A DNA stretch of 64,000 bases from the NCBI GenBank assembly GCA_964016885.1, contig OZ024752.1, forward strand, positions 47,926,001 to 47,990,000, read 5' to 3'. Shown in pieces: positions 24,438 through 41,297 of this stretch; within the stretch, counting starts at the first letter, position 1, and every line of letters begins with the position of its first letter. Both the position numbers and the translations under genes were made by a program. Under the pieces are notes generated by a model. That model was not told the origin of the DNA and ran no database searches. It was given only the letters and a program-made list of their open reading frames with translations. The stretch comes from Eledone cirrhosa. Lineage: Eukaryota.

Positions 24438-25127
24438 GTACCCCCCCCCCCCATAACTATATATACATATATAAATACATATATGCCAAAAATGTTTTGC
24501 CTCCTTTAGCACTCAAGTAAGGAGCCTCATAACGTAACTAGCACAGGGCCTCGTTTGTCCTAAATCCAGTGCACTGAACATAACACAGAAAAACAATACA
24601 ACAACAACAACAACAACAACAACCACAACAACTGGTAGTTGTTGTGCATTGTGTGTTCCACGGATATTATGCTTGCCATTCAATCAAGTCAGCTAACTTC
24701 TATTGTGTACCCTGCCAACTACCTCACTCCCCTACATCCACCTTCCTGCCCCGTTCCTCCTTGTTCCCCATTTTAGGGTAAGGATATTGAACAACAATAT
24801 ATATACATTAGGGAGGGTGCTTGTTGAGAGTTTTAAGCAGCAGCAGCAGCAGCAACACTGGGACAGGCAGAGGGTCACCCTCCCCTGTCTCCTAGCTCTC
24901 TCTCTCTCTCTCCAGTCAAGAAGGGATCACAGGGTTTTTCTTATTCCCTGCTAATCAGTCAGGTTTGGTTAAACAGCAGAAAGCCCCTTCAGATATATAT
25001 ACACCTTTAGATATAGAAATCATCGTTTATATATCTATCATCATCATCATCACTATATATATATAGTGATGATGATGATGATAGATATATAAACGATGAT
25101 GATGATATAACTATTTCTATATCTAAA

Positions 25128-26881
<1,754 letters not shown>

Positions 26882-26967
26882 ATGCTGTGCAGTAGAATCC
26901 GGAGAAAGCCATAAGATAGGTAGAAAGCTGAGTACACAAGTTAGTGACGTCGTCATAACAGACCTTT
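26882..26967 (-). other. Candidate exon (86 nt) of an unidentified minus-strand gene
   Basis: A unique island between repeats, with strong acceptor ctccctcccctacag and donor gtgtgt. Open frames are [28 protein letters not shown] or [25 protein letters not shown]. Confidence 0.4.
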
Positions 26968-27294
26968 CTGTAGGGGAGGGAGGGGGGAAGAGAGAATCAG
27001 ACAGAGGGGACCTGGACAGAGAGAAGGAGGGCGAGAGAGAAGGGAAGAGAAGAACCCAGGGAGAAAGGGAAGAGAGAGAGAGAGAGAGGGAAGAGAGAGA
27101 GAGAGAGACGACAAGAGAGAGAGAGACGACGAGAGAGAGAGAGAGAGAGAGAAAGGACCTGAGAAAGTGAAAGAGAGACAGAGAGAGAGAGTGTGGGGGG
27201 GGGGGGGAGAAAGGGAAGTGAGAGAGAGGGGGGAAGGGTAGAGAGAGAGAGAGAGAGAGGAACTAAGAGAGAAAGCTAGAGAGGGAGTGTGTGT

Positions 27295-27332
<38 letters not shown>

Positions 27333-27748
27333 CTAAGAGAGAAAGCTAGAGAGGGAGAGAAAGAGAGGGAGAGAGAGAAAGAGAGGGAGAGAGAGAAAGC
27401 TAGAGAGGGAGAGAGAGAGAGAGAGAGGAACTGAGAGAGAAAGGTAGAGAGGGAGAGACAGAGAAAGAGAGGGAGAGAGAGAAAGAGAGGGAGAGAGAGA
27501 GAAAGAGAGGGAGAGAGAGAAAGCTAGAGAGGGAGAGAGAGAAAGCTAGAGAGGGAGAGAGAGAAAGCTAGAGAGAGAGAGAGAGACAGAGGAACTGAGA
27601 GAGAGAAAGAGAGGGAGAGAGAGAGAGAAAGAGAGGGAGAGAGAGAGCTAGAGAGGTAGAGAGAGAGAGCTAGAGAAGGAGAGAGAGGTTGGGTCCTAAA
27701 TGGAGATACCAGTAACTATAGACACAGAGTAAAGTTAGAATATTCCTT

Positions 27749-27776
27749 ATTGGCCTGTATCTGTATAACCAATCAG
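27749..27776. promoter_or_regulatory. Pair of CCAAT boxes (possible promoter)
   Basis: ATTGG and CCAATCAG lie ~20 bp apart in a unique island upstream (on the minus strand) of the 26.9-kb exon candidate. Confidence 0.2.
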
Positions 27777-27789
27777 AACATATATATAT

Positions 27790-28224
27790 ATATATACTCA
27801 TATATACACACAAGGGGAGACATACATATATATATATATATATACACATATATACACACAAGGGGAGACATACATACATATATATATATACACATATATA
27901 CACACAAGGGGAGACATACATACATATATATATATACACATATATACACACAAGGGGGAGACATACATACATATATATATATATACACATATATACACAC
28001 AAGGGGAGACATACATACATATATATATATATATACACACATATGTACATATATACACACAAGGGGAGACATTACATACATATATATATATATATATACA
28101 CACAAGGGGAGACATACATACATACGTACGTATATATATATATATATATATACACACAAGGGAAGACATACATACATACATATGTATATATATATATATA
28201 TAAGGGAAGACATACATACATACG

Positions 28225-28257
<33 letters not shown>

Positions 28258-28274
28258 GGGAAGACATACATACG

Positions 28275-28310
<36 letters not shown>

Positions 28311-28323
28311 AGGGATGACATAC

Positions 28324-28362
<39 letters not shown>

Positions 28363-28375
28363 AGGGATGACATAC

Positions 28376-28434
<59 letters not shown>

Positions 28435-28447
28435 AGGGATGACATAC

Positions 28448-28494
<47 letters not shown>

Positions 28495-28640
28495 AGGGAT
28501 GACATACATATGTATATATATATATATATACACACAAGGGGAGACATACATAAGTATATATATACACACAAGGAGAGAGACATACATACACACATATACG
28601 TATATACATATATACACATAAGGGGGGACATACGTATATA
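27790..28640. repeat. CACAAGGGGAGACATAC(AT)n minisatellite
   Basis: A visible unit repeated ~17 times. Confidence 0.9.
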
Positions 28641-29519
28641 TATATATATGTATATGCATAAATATATATGTACATGCATAGTACAAACATACACACATAT
28701 ACATAAGTACATAGATTTACCCATACATACAAGCAGATATATATATATATATATATATACATACATACACACAAAAATAGACAGATGCAGATAGACATTC
28801 AAGCATACACACACATTCAAGCATACATACACATACATGCATACACACACACATATATGCATACACACATACAAGCACACACACACATACATACACACAT
28901 ACACATACATGCATACACACATGAACACACATCCGTGCAAACATGCATACATATAATACACATGTATATATGCACATATATAACATGATTGTATATGTAT
29001 GTATATGTGTGCATGTATGTATATGTCCGCATGTAGGTATATGTGTGCATGTATGTATATGCATGTGTATAAGTTTAGTATAAATTGGTTGTATACCTAC
29101 TAGAAGAGCCATGTTAGATATATATACACACATGATTTTAAATGTGTGTATACATATTTATATATATATATACACATATATATATATATATATATACACG
29201 TGTATATAAATATACGTATATATATATATACATGTATATATACATGTCTGTTTATACATATATACATATATAATGATATATATATATATATATATGTGTG
29301 TGTGTATATATATACATATATATACATGTTAGACATACACACACATGATTTTAAAAGTGTGTACATACATATACATATGCATATATGTATATATATATTT
29401 ACATGTATATATATGTGTATATATATACATGTATATATATACATGTGTGTATATATATATGTATATATATAATATATATATACATGTGTATATATATATG
29501 TATATATATACATATATAT

Positions 29520-29551
<32 letters not shown>

Positions 29552-29588
29552 ATGTCTGTATATATATATATATATACATATATGTCTG

Positions 29589-29621
<33 letters not shown>

Positions 29622-29652
29622 GTCTGTATATATATATATATATTTATATATG

Positions 29653-29703
<51 letters not shown>

Positions 29704-29704
29704 G

Positions 29705-29738
<34 letters not shown>

Positions 29739-29919
29739 TATATCAGTGTATATGTATGTATGTTTAGTGTATAATTGTGTATATAGACAGTAGTACGAAA
29801 GAGATGTTATGCGTGTGCTAAGTCTATGATTCATGCCAGACGTAACATAATGGTGTAAAATACACACTATGTACATAAGACTGACATGGAGGGAAGGGAA
29901 AGAGAATAACATTAAAAAT

Positions 29920-30162
29920 AGAATGAGAGAGAGAGAGAAGGAGAGAGAGAGAAAGAGAGAGAGGGAGAGGTAGTGTGAGAGTGACGAAAGAGTGAGAGAG
30001 AGGAGAGGGAGTGTGAGAGTGACGAAAGAGTGAGAGAGAGGAGAGGGAGTGTGAGAGTGACGAAAGAGTGAGAGAGAGGAGAGGGAGTGTGAGAGTGACG
30101 AAAGAGTGAGAGAGAGGAGAGGGAGTGTGAGAGTGACGAAAGACTGAGAGAGAGGAGAGTGA

Positions 30163-30199
<37 letters not shown>

Positions 30200-30860
30200 G
30201 TAGAGAGAGAGAGAGGTAGTGTGAGAGTGATGAAAGAGTGAGAGAGAGGAGAGGGAGAGAGTGAGAGGTAGTGTGAGAGTGATGAAAGAGTGAGAGAGAG
30301 GGTGAGAGAGAGAGACGAAAAAGTGAGAGAGAGGGTGAGAGAGAGAGACGAAAAAGTGAGAGAGAGGAGAGAGAGAGGTAGGTAGGGAGAGAGAGCGGTC
30401 ATGTGAGAGTGATCAGAGAGAGCAGAGGAGCTAGAGAGAGGAGAGTGAGAGAGAAAGAGAGAATGAGTGAGAGAGAGAGAGACGAGAGAGAGAGAGAGGG
30501 AGAGAGTTGGTGTGAGCCAGAGAATGGATGTGGTAAAAGTTGGTGTAAAGGTGGTGTGAGAGAGAGAGAGAGAGTGAGAGTGTGTGTGTAAAAGAGAGAG
30601 AGAGCTACGGAGTGAGAGGGAGAGAGAGATAGAGATAGTGTGAGAATGATGAAAGAGTGAGAGAGGTAGAGAAAGAGAGTGAGAGAGAGAGCTAGAGAGT
30701 GAGAAAGTGGAAGTGGTAAAAGTTGGTGTAAAGGTAGAAAGAGAGAGGGAGAGAGAGAGAGGGAGAGGGAGATAGAGAGCAAAAGTGAGAGCTAAAGAGA
30801 GAGGGAGGGAGAGAGAGAGCAAAAGAGAGAGAGAAAGAGAGTGAAAGAGAAAGTGAAAGT
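29920..30860. repeat. GA-rich low-complexity tract with a 38-bp tandem unit at ~29972-30160
   Basis: GTGTGAGAGTGACGAAAGAGTGAGAGAGAGGAGAGGGA is repeated. Confidence 0.9.
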
Positions 30861-31687
30861 AAAAGATAGATGAGAGTAAAAAAGGAGGAGGGAAGAAACA
30901 AGGAAAGGAAAAAGGAGGTGGGAGTAGTGGTGATGGTGGGAGGGGGAAGAAGGATTGAAATTGAAAAGAATTAGGAGGTTGGGGGTGTAGGTGTGGAGCA
31001 AGAGTGGAAGAAGATCATCATGGTGGTGCTGATGGTGATGGTGCTGATGATGCTGATGGTGATGGCGTTGGAAGTGGGATGATAAAATAAAATTTCAAAT
31101 TTAACAAAATAAATTTTTTCAAGGTGGGAGATGGTAGGGGTTGATTGGTAGAGAAGAGGTAAATAAAATAAGGGAGTTGGGAGCCTTTAAAAAAAACAAA
31201 ATAAAAACCCCTGCCATCACCATCATCATCATCATCATCATCACCACCATCATCATTGCATTCAGTGAAGAGGCTAGCATATTCCACCTCTGATTAGAAA
31301 GCTCATAGAAACAATTTTTTTAAAAAGTTTGTTTTTGATTTTATTTTTATTAGCGTGTATGTGTACGTGTGTACATGTATGTGTACGTGTGTACATGTAT
31401 GTGTGAATGTGATGAAGGAGAGTGTATTTAAAAAATTTTTTTAAATTTAAATTTAAATTTTTTTTTCACTCCCACCGCCCCACCAACTCTCGCGTTTTCT
31501 CACAGAAACAAACACGCACTTCTGAAGCCTACACTATCAGTGGAGACACACACTCCCCTCCAGTAGTTTCCCAGTGTATCAAATACATTATACATGGTGT
31601 GGGTGGGATAGGGACCTAGCAAGAGACAAAAAGTTATACACGGACAACCATGCAAATATACATACATGTGTGTGAATATATATATAC

Positions 31688-31747
<60 letters not shown>

Positions 31748-31970
31748 GGACAAACACGCACATTTATATATGTATGTATATGTATGTATATGTATATACA
31801 TACACATGCAGTTACACTCTCAGAAACATATTATGCATTAAAGCAGGCAAATATTCTGAAGATTTTGATATAAAATATTAAGCCCCAGTATGACCGCAGT
31901 CTAATGACTAAACAAAAAAAGACTAAAAAAAGACTAAAAAAAACAAAATGATGATGATTATTGTAAAATG

Positions 31971-32025
<55 letters not shown>

Positions 32026-32682
32026 ATATAATAATAATAATGATGATAATGATAATGATTTATTCTATTGGCCATAAAGATTCAAGACATTGGGGACAAT
32101 AGAAGGACAAAAACAACACAGAGAGGCGTTTACATCGAGTAAAAGAAAGGGGACATCACCGAAAGGAAACAGTAGGTATAACAATCATGATGATGGTGAT
32201 GATGACGATGCAGTTTCAGAAATACAATGTGAACAGTAGATATGGTTCTGCTATTGAGAGTAGGAAGCAGCAAAGAGTTGTGAAAAATACTGGAGGGCTT
32301 TAAAGACTCCGCTTGTCAGGTCAGGGAATGGTATTTGTTTTTAGTGAGATAAAAGTTTATATGTGTATCAATGTGTTTTCTGATTTGTATGTGTGGTTAG
32401 GTGCATGTGTGTATATGTGTATATGTGTATGTGCGTATGGCATTAAGACAAAATCCACTTTCTGTTGTATTGTCTAGAAATTTTCAAATTTCAAAAAAAA
32501 TTTCTATCAATTGATATTGTAAGAGTTCTCTCCCTTGCTTACTTTATCTGAGTTTGAACACTCCAGGAGGGAGTACATGTCTTGAAGATAATCTTCATTG
32601 ATCAAAGTTATTCCACTATTGGTAGAACCATATTGGTTCTACGTTCAAATACTGCTAAAGTCAACTTCGCCTTTTATCCCTT

Positions 32683-33123
32683 GGAAGATCAATAAATACT
32701 GTACCAATCCAGGATTTTAAGCCCATATTTTGTGGTAGCACAGCCAGACATTCGAGCTTGAGTTTGCTTATGATGTCACTAGTGTATTGGCATTTAATTT
32801 TCTCTTGGAAAACATTGGTAGCTTGAAGATATAAGACTTGCATGTATGAGTCTTATCTAGCACTGCTGGTCTTCCATAACAAATATCTTTCCAGGCCTCG
32901 GAAGATCAATAAATACTGTACCAATCCAGGATTTTAAGACCATATTTTGTGGTAGCACATCCAGCCATTTGAGCTTGAATTTGCTTATGATGTTACTAGT
33001 GCCAAATTATATTGCCATTTAATTTTCTCTTGGAAAACATTGGTAGCTTGAAGATATAAGACTTGCATGTATAAGTCTTATCTAGCACTGCTGGTCTTCC
33101 ATAACAAATATCTTTCCAGGCCT
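32683..33123. repeat. Tandem duplication of ~220 bp
   Basis: 32683-32898 and 32900-33123 both run GGAAGATCAATAAATAC...TTTCCAGGCCT. Confidence 0.9.
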
Positions 33124-33571
33124 GTACCTTGGAGAGGATACTTCGAGGTACAGATCCTTACTTTCACAAAACATATGATGGTCTTTAGTTGGATGATGTA
33201 TATATGTGGTTGCATTAATCAATGAACCTCCAATGAGAAGTATTTTAATTACATCTGATCATGCAATTGCGTGTGTGAATATGATTAGGTATGAAAGTAT
33301 ATATGTATGTATGTATGTGTGTGTGTCTGTGTATGTATGTATGTATATTTGTGTATATATTTGTTCTTAAGTATGTATGTCTGCATGTATATGTATATGT
33401 ATATTTGTGTATATATATCTGTTCTTAAGTATGTATGCGTGTATGAGTATGTGTCAGTAAGTATGTATGTATGTATGTATGTATGTATGTATGTATATAT
33501 GTGTAAATATAGATGTTTTTGAGTATGTATGTGTGTATGAATATGTGTCAGTGAGTATGTATGTACATATG

Positions 33572-33611
<40 letters not shown>

Positions 33612-33860
33612 CTTATGAATGTATGTGTATATGTATATATATATATGTTCTTATGAATGTATGTGTATATGTATATATATATATGTTCTTATGAATGTAT
33701 GTGTATATATATATATATGTTCTTATGAATGTATGTGCATATACACATCTAAGTATGTATATATATATATATTCTTATATATGTGCATATATATGTGTCT
33801 CCCTATATATATATATATCTATATATATATATTCTTATATATGTGCATATATATGTGTCT

Positions 33861-33937
<77 letters not shown>

Positions 33938-34393
33938 CACACACACACACAAACACTTACATATATATACATATATATATATATATGCACATATGTAGAC
34001 TCTATGTTGCAAATGTTCAGTCATTGTATGGTATACTAAACATCAATATATTTGCTAACAGCAATTTGAGACTGAGAAATAAAAACAATGAACTACTTGA
34101 AAGAGAAGGAATTGAACCAGATATCTCTTTGTTATTGGTTAAACATGCTACCATTTACACCGACACAGCTTGGAAAGAAAGAGATGTGTGGTTTGATACC
34201 CATCAATGAGTTCATTGTTATTTTTCAATATGAAATTCTTGTTTACAAATATGTATGATGTTTAATGTGGTCCGTATGTATATTTTAGCTGTTAATTTAT
34301 AATTTATTCATGTGTGAGCATGGCAGTGTCTCTATGTATGTATATATATGTGTGTTATATGCATATAAATACACACATTTTATATATATATAC

Positions 34394-34424
<31 letters not shown>

Positions 34425-34437
34425 TGTACATACAGGG

Positions 34438-34475
<38 letters not shown>

Positions 34476-34502
34476 CACACACACACACACATGTACATAC
34501 AG

Positions 34503-34550
<48 letters not shown>

Positions 34551-34848
34551 CATAGGTAATTATATACACACACTCACACACATATGAACATATACACATA
34601 TGCATACATAAATATATATGCATATATATACATATTTATTTGCTGAACCAGAGACACATTCACCACAGGCTTTGTATAAAAGATTTAGAATTTAGCAATC
34701 AAATAGCACTTTATAAATATATTTCATCATCATTTTTACAAAACTTTTTTTTATGTTAGCATGGGTTTGATGAGATTTTTTTGAGGCAGGTTTCCTATGG
34801 CCAAACACCAGTCTCTATGCCAACCCATACCTTATCATTTTAAGTATG

Positions 34849-34907
<59 letters not shown>

Positions 34908-35931
34908 AATTTTAGCACAGCATCAACGAAGCTTTTTGTTGCAGCCAAGCTAACGAATGCACAGCTAAGCACTCAATAGGGAATATTACCCTAGAGTTAT
35001 AACATTACGTTTAGACAGCTTTGCAAATCAAATACAGCGACCAGTTACAGCCAGTTTCAACAGAAAGAGGTAGAGAATTCCTAAAGGGTTAACCTGAGGC
35101 CATAACCGAAAACAGTTGCCAAAGTTAGAAATCGGTGGGACTGAACAAAAACCTGTGTAGTTTTGAAGTGAAATTCTTAAGTTTACAGCCATGCTTGTGC
35201 TCAATATAATATTAAAGAAGGATAAAATCTGAAGTGGAAGGAAATTGGTGATTGTGAAGAAAATCAGTCAATATATAAAGTTCAAACTATTGGCAAAGTT
35301 TATTTCCCATGAAGATTGTATTGTAAGATATAATATTTTATAACATTTTAAGATATAATGTTTCATTACTTTGGTCCTTCATCTGAGATGAGAGAGAAAA
35401 TCAGAGCTAAAACTGATGTAGAGGGATTGATTTGAGAAGTGGTGTTGGTGGTAGTGGTGATTGTGGTGGTGGTGTTGGTGGTGGTAGTGGTGGTGGTGGT
35501 GGTGGTGTGGTGGGGAATAGATCACCAAGTAAGAAAGATAAGATGAGAGTGTGGGCAGCTGAAGCCAAAGATGCAATGACAGGTCAAAAATTTGGACAGG
35601 AAGAAGTTAGATAGATCCCTCATTTAAACACAAAATGAGTTTGTGTTAAAGAGACATGTTTAAGTAGGGTATGAAGGAAAGAGTGACAAGAAAGGGGATG
35701 TAGACAATAGATCAATGTGATTTACAGTTCTGATGACAGGTTAAGTTACAGTAGGGAAGAAGGAATGGGTGAATGGGTAGACAAGGCTCAGGTGAGAATA
35801 TATGTAAAATACAATTACACCAATGCATGTTTACATACTGTACATATATATATATACATCATCATCATCATCATCATCGTTTAACGTCCATATTCCACGC
35901 TTGCATATATATATATGTGTGTGTGTGTGTG

Positions 35932-35968
<37 letters not shown>

Positions 35969-35970
<2 letters not shown>

Positions 35971-36154
35971 CGAAGGAAATGTGGTAAGGAACCAGGTGGA
36001 CCATAACGCACCAAAGTACTCAATACTTGAGGTAGTAGAGTGGGTAATAGGAACCAGTAAGACCCCGACAGCTGAGCTCAAGCCGTTTCGACGGCTAATT
36101 CTCAGAATTAGCCGTCGAAACGGCTTGAGCTCAGCTGTCGGGGTCTTACTGGTT

Positions 36155-36159
<5 letters not shown>
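35969..36159 (-). mobile_element. Family A fold-back copy
   Basis: Perfect 56-bp arms 36047-36102 and 36104-36159, with (TA)n flanks. Confidence 0.8.
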
Positions 36160-36248
<89 letters not shown>

Positions 36249-36905
36249 TGATTATCCATATAGAAATGTCGTAGAATATTTCCCCCAATATCATATCAAT
36301 GGAATACATATCAGTGGTATGTATTCAGGGTTGATATAATCAACTACTTTCTCTTTCAAAATATATGGTTAACAATATATATGAGAGAGAGAGAGAGATG
36401 GTGAAAAATAGAGGATAGATGGCGAGAGAAGCAAGGGGAAGATAGGAGAGAGGGAGTTAGAGAGAAGCAAGGGAGAGATAAGAGAGAGGGAGATAGAGAG
36501 AAGCAAGGGAGAGATAAGAAAGAAGCAAGGGAGAGATAAGAGAGAAGCAAGGGAGAGATAAGAGAGAGGGAGTTAGAGAGAAGCAAGGGAGAGATAAGGG
36601 AGAGATAAGAGAGAGGGAGTTAGAGAGAAGCAAGGGAGAGATACGAAGAAAGAGGGAGAGAGAGAGAAAAGCAAGGAAAGGATAAGAGAGAGAGGGAGGA
36701 GAGAGAGAAGAAAGGGAGAGAGAAGCAAGCAAGAAGAGGAGAGAGAGAAAGAGAAGCAAAGGAAAGATAAGAGAGGGGGAGAGAGAAGCAAAGGGGAGAT
36801 GATAGAGGGGGAGAGAGAGAAAAGCAAGGGAAAGATGAGAGTGAGAGATAGATAGAGAGAGAGCAAGGGAGAGAGAGAGGGGGAGAGAGGCAAGGGAAAG
36901 ATGAG

Positions 36906-36980
<75 letters not shown>

Positions 36981-37629
36981 CATCTTGAACTTACAACACT
37001 TCCCAGGTATTCTCTTATACAACTTCCCTCCCTTACAATTGAAAAACTTTAAAAAAAAAAAATAAACAAAAACACATGTAAAAATAAATCAAAATAAAAT
37101 AAAAGATTTTTAAAATATTTTTCGAAAATAATTTTAAAAATAGTTTTCAAGGCAAGGGTGATTACATGGCAGCATTGCAGCATTGCGAGCAGTAGCATTT
37201 CTCTGGTAACTGCCTTAATGATATGACTGTTATGTATGCTGTCCATATTGACAGTCATTTATAGTTGTGGTGGACGACAGCAGAAGCAGCAGCAAATATA
37301 ACTGCTGCTGTTGTTGCTATTGTTGTTGTTGTTAATCCTGTTGTTGTCATTACTGGCCGATGAAGTTTGCTGCAGATTTTTTTTTTTTTTTTTTTTTTAG
37401 AGAGGAGACAATTTGGAAGTCACAACAGAAGTGAAATTGGTCCAGAAATGAAGGCAAAAGTTTTAGTTTAAGATAAAATGCTCTGTTAATATATTGCTGT
37501 TGTTGTTGTCGTGTTTTCAAAAGAGACATCTAACAATCTTTATCATGTACACATATATATATATATTTACACATGCACGTATATATATATATATATATAA
37601 ATTTATTATTATTACTATATATATATATA

Positions 37630-37878
37630 TAGTAATAATAATAAATGTGAAGACTAAAATCCAAAGAGGACTCGATAAGGATAAATATATATCAAATATA
37701 TAAGAACTCTAGAGCAAATATTTATAAAAATAAAAGAATCGCTGCTTTCACACTTAACAGGATCTTCTGAAACAAAAATTTTTTTAGATTTTTTTTTTAG
37801 TTTCAGAAGATCCCGTTAAGGGTGAAAGCAGCAATTCTTTGCTTAAACTTTTATTTTGCTTAATCTGTTATTTTAATA
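37630..37878 (-). mobile_element. Family C fold-back element with degenerate hammerhead
   Basis: Arms 37733-37773 and 37800-37840; CAGAAGA-UCCC/GGGU-GAAA. Homologues at 9251-9335 and 55455-55538. Confidence 0.65.
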
Positions 37879-38017
37879 TATATATATATATATATATAAT
37901 TTAAAAACGAAAAACACAGTGACACAAAAACAATTAGTTCTATTAGTTTCATGCTTTGGAGGAAAGAGAGAAAAAAAAGCTTGATGTATCAGATGTTAAC
38001 AATCCTTCATATGAATA

Positions 38018-38074
<57 letters not shown>

Positions 38075-39029
38075 GTATATATACAATTAAGTTGGTACAT
38101 ATAACCCTATTAGAACATAATGTAATGTAGATACAAATATCCTACCAACACAAAGCAGAATTTGGGTTTAAAGACTAGTGCTATCTTATTATACATCATT
38201 TGATACATACACCCACCCACACATATATGTACACACACACACACATATATATATTGCCTTCAAAATACCTCAGTATTTAAAACATTTAAACGTGAACTAA
38301 TTGAACAAGCAGTACTGGTGAAGCGAATGTAAGATTTATTTTCTAACTAGAAAAATGACACTGACTTTGAAGTTATATAATGTTCCAACATGGCCACAGT
38401 TTAATGATTAAATCCAGTAAAAGAAAACATGCAAGCATACATATATACACACACATACAAACATACATACATACACACATACTTATATACATACGTACAT
38501 ACATACAGACACATTTGCACATACATATATACATACAAAGTAGTTTTCTTTTTCACATTGTTTTGGTAACTAGAAGTTAACAAATTTTTTTTTGCAATTC
38601 ATTTTATTTTCTTTCTAAATTGAAAATTTAAATGAAAATATATTTTAATTTTTATTTATTTATTTGCTTGTTTTTCTTTTAAATATTTTTTTTTTTTTGT
38701 ATTTCATTTTCCATCAATCATCATGTAGGGATCCTATGAAGTATCTGGCAGATTGTCAATGCTTGGAATGTCTGCTGCTGTTCTTGTTTGTTAGGATCAC
38801 AGTGCCAGGAGTTATCTACATTGTTTGTTTTGGGGAGTTTTTCTAAGTTTTTTTTTTTATCATTAACCTTTTTTTCATACCAGCCCAGTCAAAATCAGCC
38901 CCGGTTCTATAAAGGGATCCTATTTAAATTAAAATCTACCAACATAATTTTATATAAGAACTATATGTTATTTATTTTACCATATATGTATTTTTTCCTG
39001 TTTTCTTTTTTATCATTAACCTTTTTCCA

Positions 39030-39238
39030 AGGGCAGTGGATTGGCAGTATAAGACGCCATGCTTTGCAGCATAGAGTTACGGCCCTTTATGATCTGAGTT
39101 CAAATCCCGCTGATGTTAACTTTGCTTTTCATCTTTATGGGAGTCGATAAAATAAAGCACCAGTAATGTACTGGGTTGATTTGATCGACTTTCCCCCTCC
39201 CCCGAAATTACTGGCCTTGTGCCTATACTAGAAATCAT
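39030..39238 (+). mobile_element. SINE S1
   Basis: Homologous to 10332-10523. Confidence 0.85.
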
Positions 39239-39240
39239 CA

Positions 39241-39550
39241 TTAACCTTTCTCATACCAACCCAGCCCAAATCAGCTTCAGTTCTATAAAACAAAGACACC
39301 CACAGTTAAAGGGATTCTATTTAAATTAGAATCTTACCAATATAATTTTATATAAGAACTATTTGTTATCTACTTACCCATATTTGTATTTTTTTATGAT
39401 GAACCTTTTTAATACTAACCCAGCCACCAAAACTAGCTCTGGTTTTGTGAAACAAAACCACCCATTTTAAAGGGGTTCTATTTAAGTGAAGTATTTGGGC
39501 CAGATTTTCAAAATGAAAAATATGTCTTCCCATCCTAAAAACAGGGTTAA
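39241..39550. mobile_element. TTAA-flanked MITE family M2 (piggyBac-like)
   Basis: TTAACCTTT...ATACCAACC start and AGGGTTAA end. Related pieces at 38863-39000 and 54080-54305. Confidence 0.5.
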
Positions 39551-39596
39551 CCTTTCTCTTCTGACAAAGCTATTCATTTTTTAAAAATATTAAGTT

Positions 39597-39680
<84 letters not shown>

Positions 39681-39742
39681 TAGACTAAATATAGACTAAA
39701 TAAAAATGGCGTAGACATACAATGCAACGGGAGGAAACAATA

Positions 39743-39787
39743 GCACCACTGACGATGTTGCAGATGTGCAACGAAAGATTTATGATA
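39743..39787 (+). ncRNA. Minimal type I hammerhead, family E (insert 39678-39940)
   Basis: CUGACGA-U-GUUGCA(GAUG)UGCAAC-GAAA-GAUUUA gives a 6-bp helix II and a near-palindromic helix III. Confidence 0.7.
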
Positions 39788-40564
39788 AACTATATATATG
39801 TGTTTATGTCTATATTGTATCTGTATTATTTTTGACCGCCGGTCAGTCAATGGCAACATTGAGGACCGAGTAAGTTAGATTACCGATATAAAAGACACAG
39901 AAGCGAAAAGCGAAAACCAACCAAACCCCAAGTATAACAATATATATATATATATATATATATAATAGGATATATGTATCATAGGAGAGGAGTAAGCAGA
40001 GAGGTGCAGAGAAGTACGATACAGATTACTAAATGCCAATAGCAGAAGTGAAACATTATGTAAGATTTATATAAAGAACTCCTTTTAATGGCTTGTAACT
40101 CCCTCATTCTGTTGGTTACATATATATATCTTGATCATCATCACCATTTAACGTCTAGTTTTCCATGCTAGCATGGGTTAGACGAGTTGTCTCATTGTGA
40201 GACAAGCCAGGTCAGATGACCGTGTCTTGCTCATACAGAAGCCTGGGCCCTTTTTGTTGTGACGCCTACATGACCACTTTACAGTGTGGGCTGGGTCCTT
40301 TTTGTTGTGACACCTACATGACCACTTTACAGTGTGGGCTGGGTCCTTTTTGTCACGATACCATTTTTTTCCATCTCAAGGGGATATTTTGCCTACCTTA
40401 TTTGATTATTATTTATAGTTCGCCTGCATTACGGTGGTTTAAAAGAAATACAAAACTAAAACATAAGCTTGGGAAAATGGACAGATGATGATGATGATGA
40501 TGATAATGACCAATCTCAACCAATATTGTAAATCTTAGTCTAAGATTTTAGCAGGTAATTATTA

Positions 40565-40745
40565 AGTAGAAGGGAGACGCGGTAGAGGAAGACCATGAAA
40601 AAGATGGGTGGAGGTGGTGAGAGCAGACCTCAGATCTCTGAAGCTCACAGAGGAGATGACAAGTGGAGAGATGCTGTGCTGAATAGGACCCGTCCCACCC
40701 TTGCAAGCAGGGAAAAGCGGACGTAAAATAATGATGATGATGATG
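40565..40745 (+). mobile_element. RTE LINE (second family) 3' end
   Basis: VEGRRGRGRP*KRWVEVVRADLRSLKL followed by (GAT)n. Confidence 0.85.
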
Positions 40746-41297
40746 AGGATATTAAGTGAGGCAAAAGTATAGATCCAGTTATGAGATTAGAATATCGAAT
40801 GTAAAATAGCCAGAGGTATAAAGGTTCAGTAGAAACACTTCTAAAGATACACACACACACGTAATGGGTTGTGAAATACTAAAACAATATAAAAATACTC
40901 TTCATGTTTCAAACATTACTTAGAATAACAGTAATCCAAGCCATAACTAATCACAGCTTAAAATAATGTCACAACCATTGCAGTAAATCTCCGTTTTCAA
41001 CTTAAAATGATGACTTTTAGAAAGGTGTTCAGTCATTAACAAGTCACCTATTACAACAATTTATGTAAACCCATTGCGTTTATACTTTTAGGATGAGATA
41101 ATGATGAATACAAAAGGACCATGAAAAACATAGTGAAATGAAACAAAAATATATTGAAGTCCAAAGGATTAGAAGAGTGTTAAAAAATTTAAAACCATTA
41201 TTCTTCAATATTGATTTCCATTGGCATGAAAAATATTAATCCTGTAACAAGAGCTGGAATCAACAAATTATCTCAAATATATCGTGAAGACCAATAA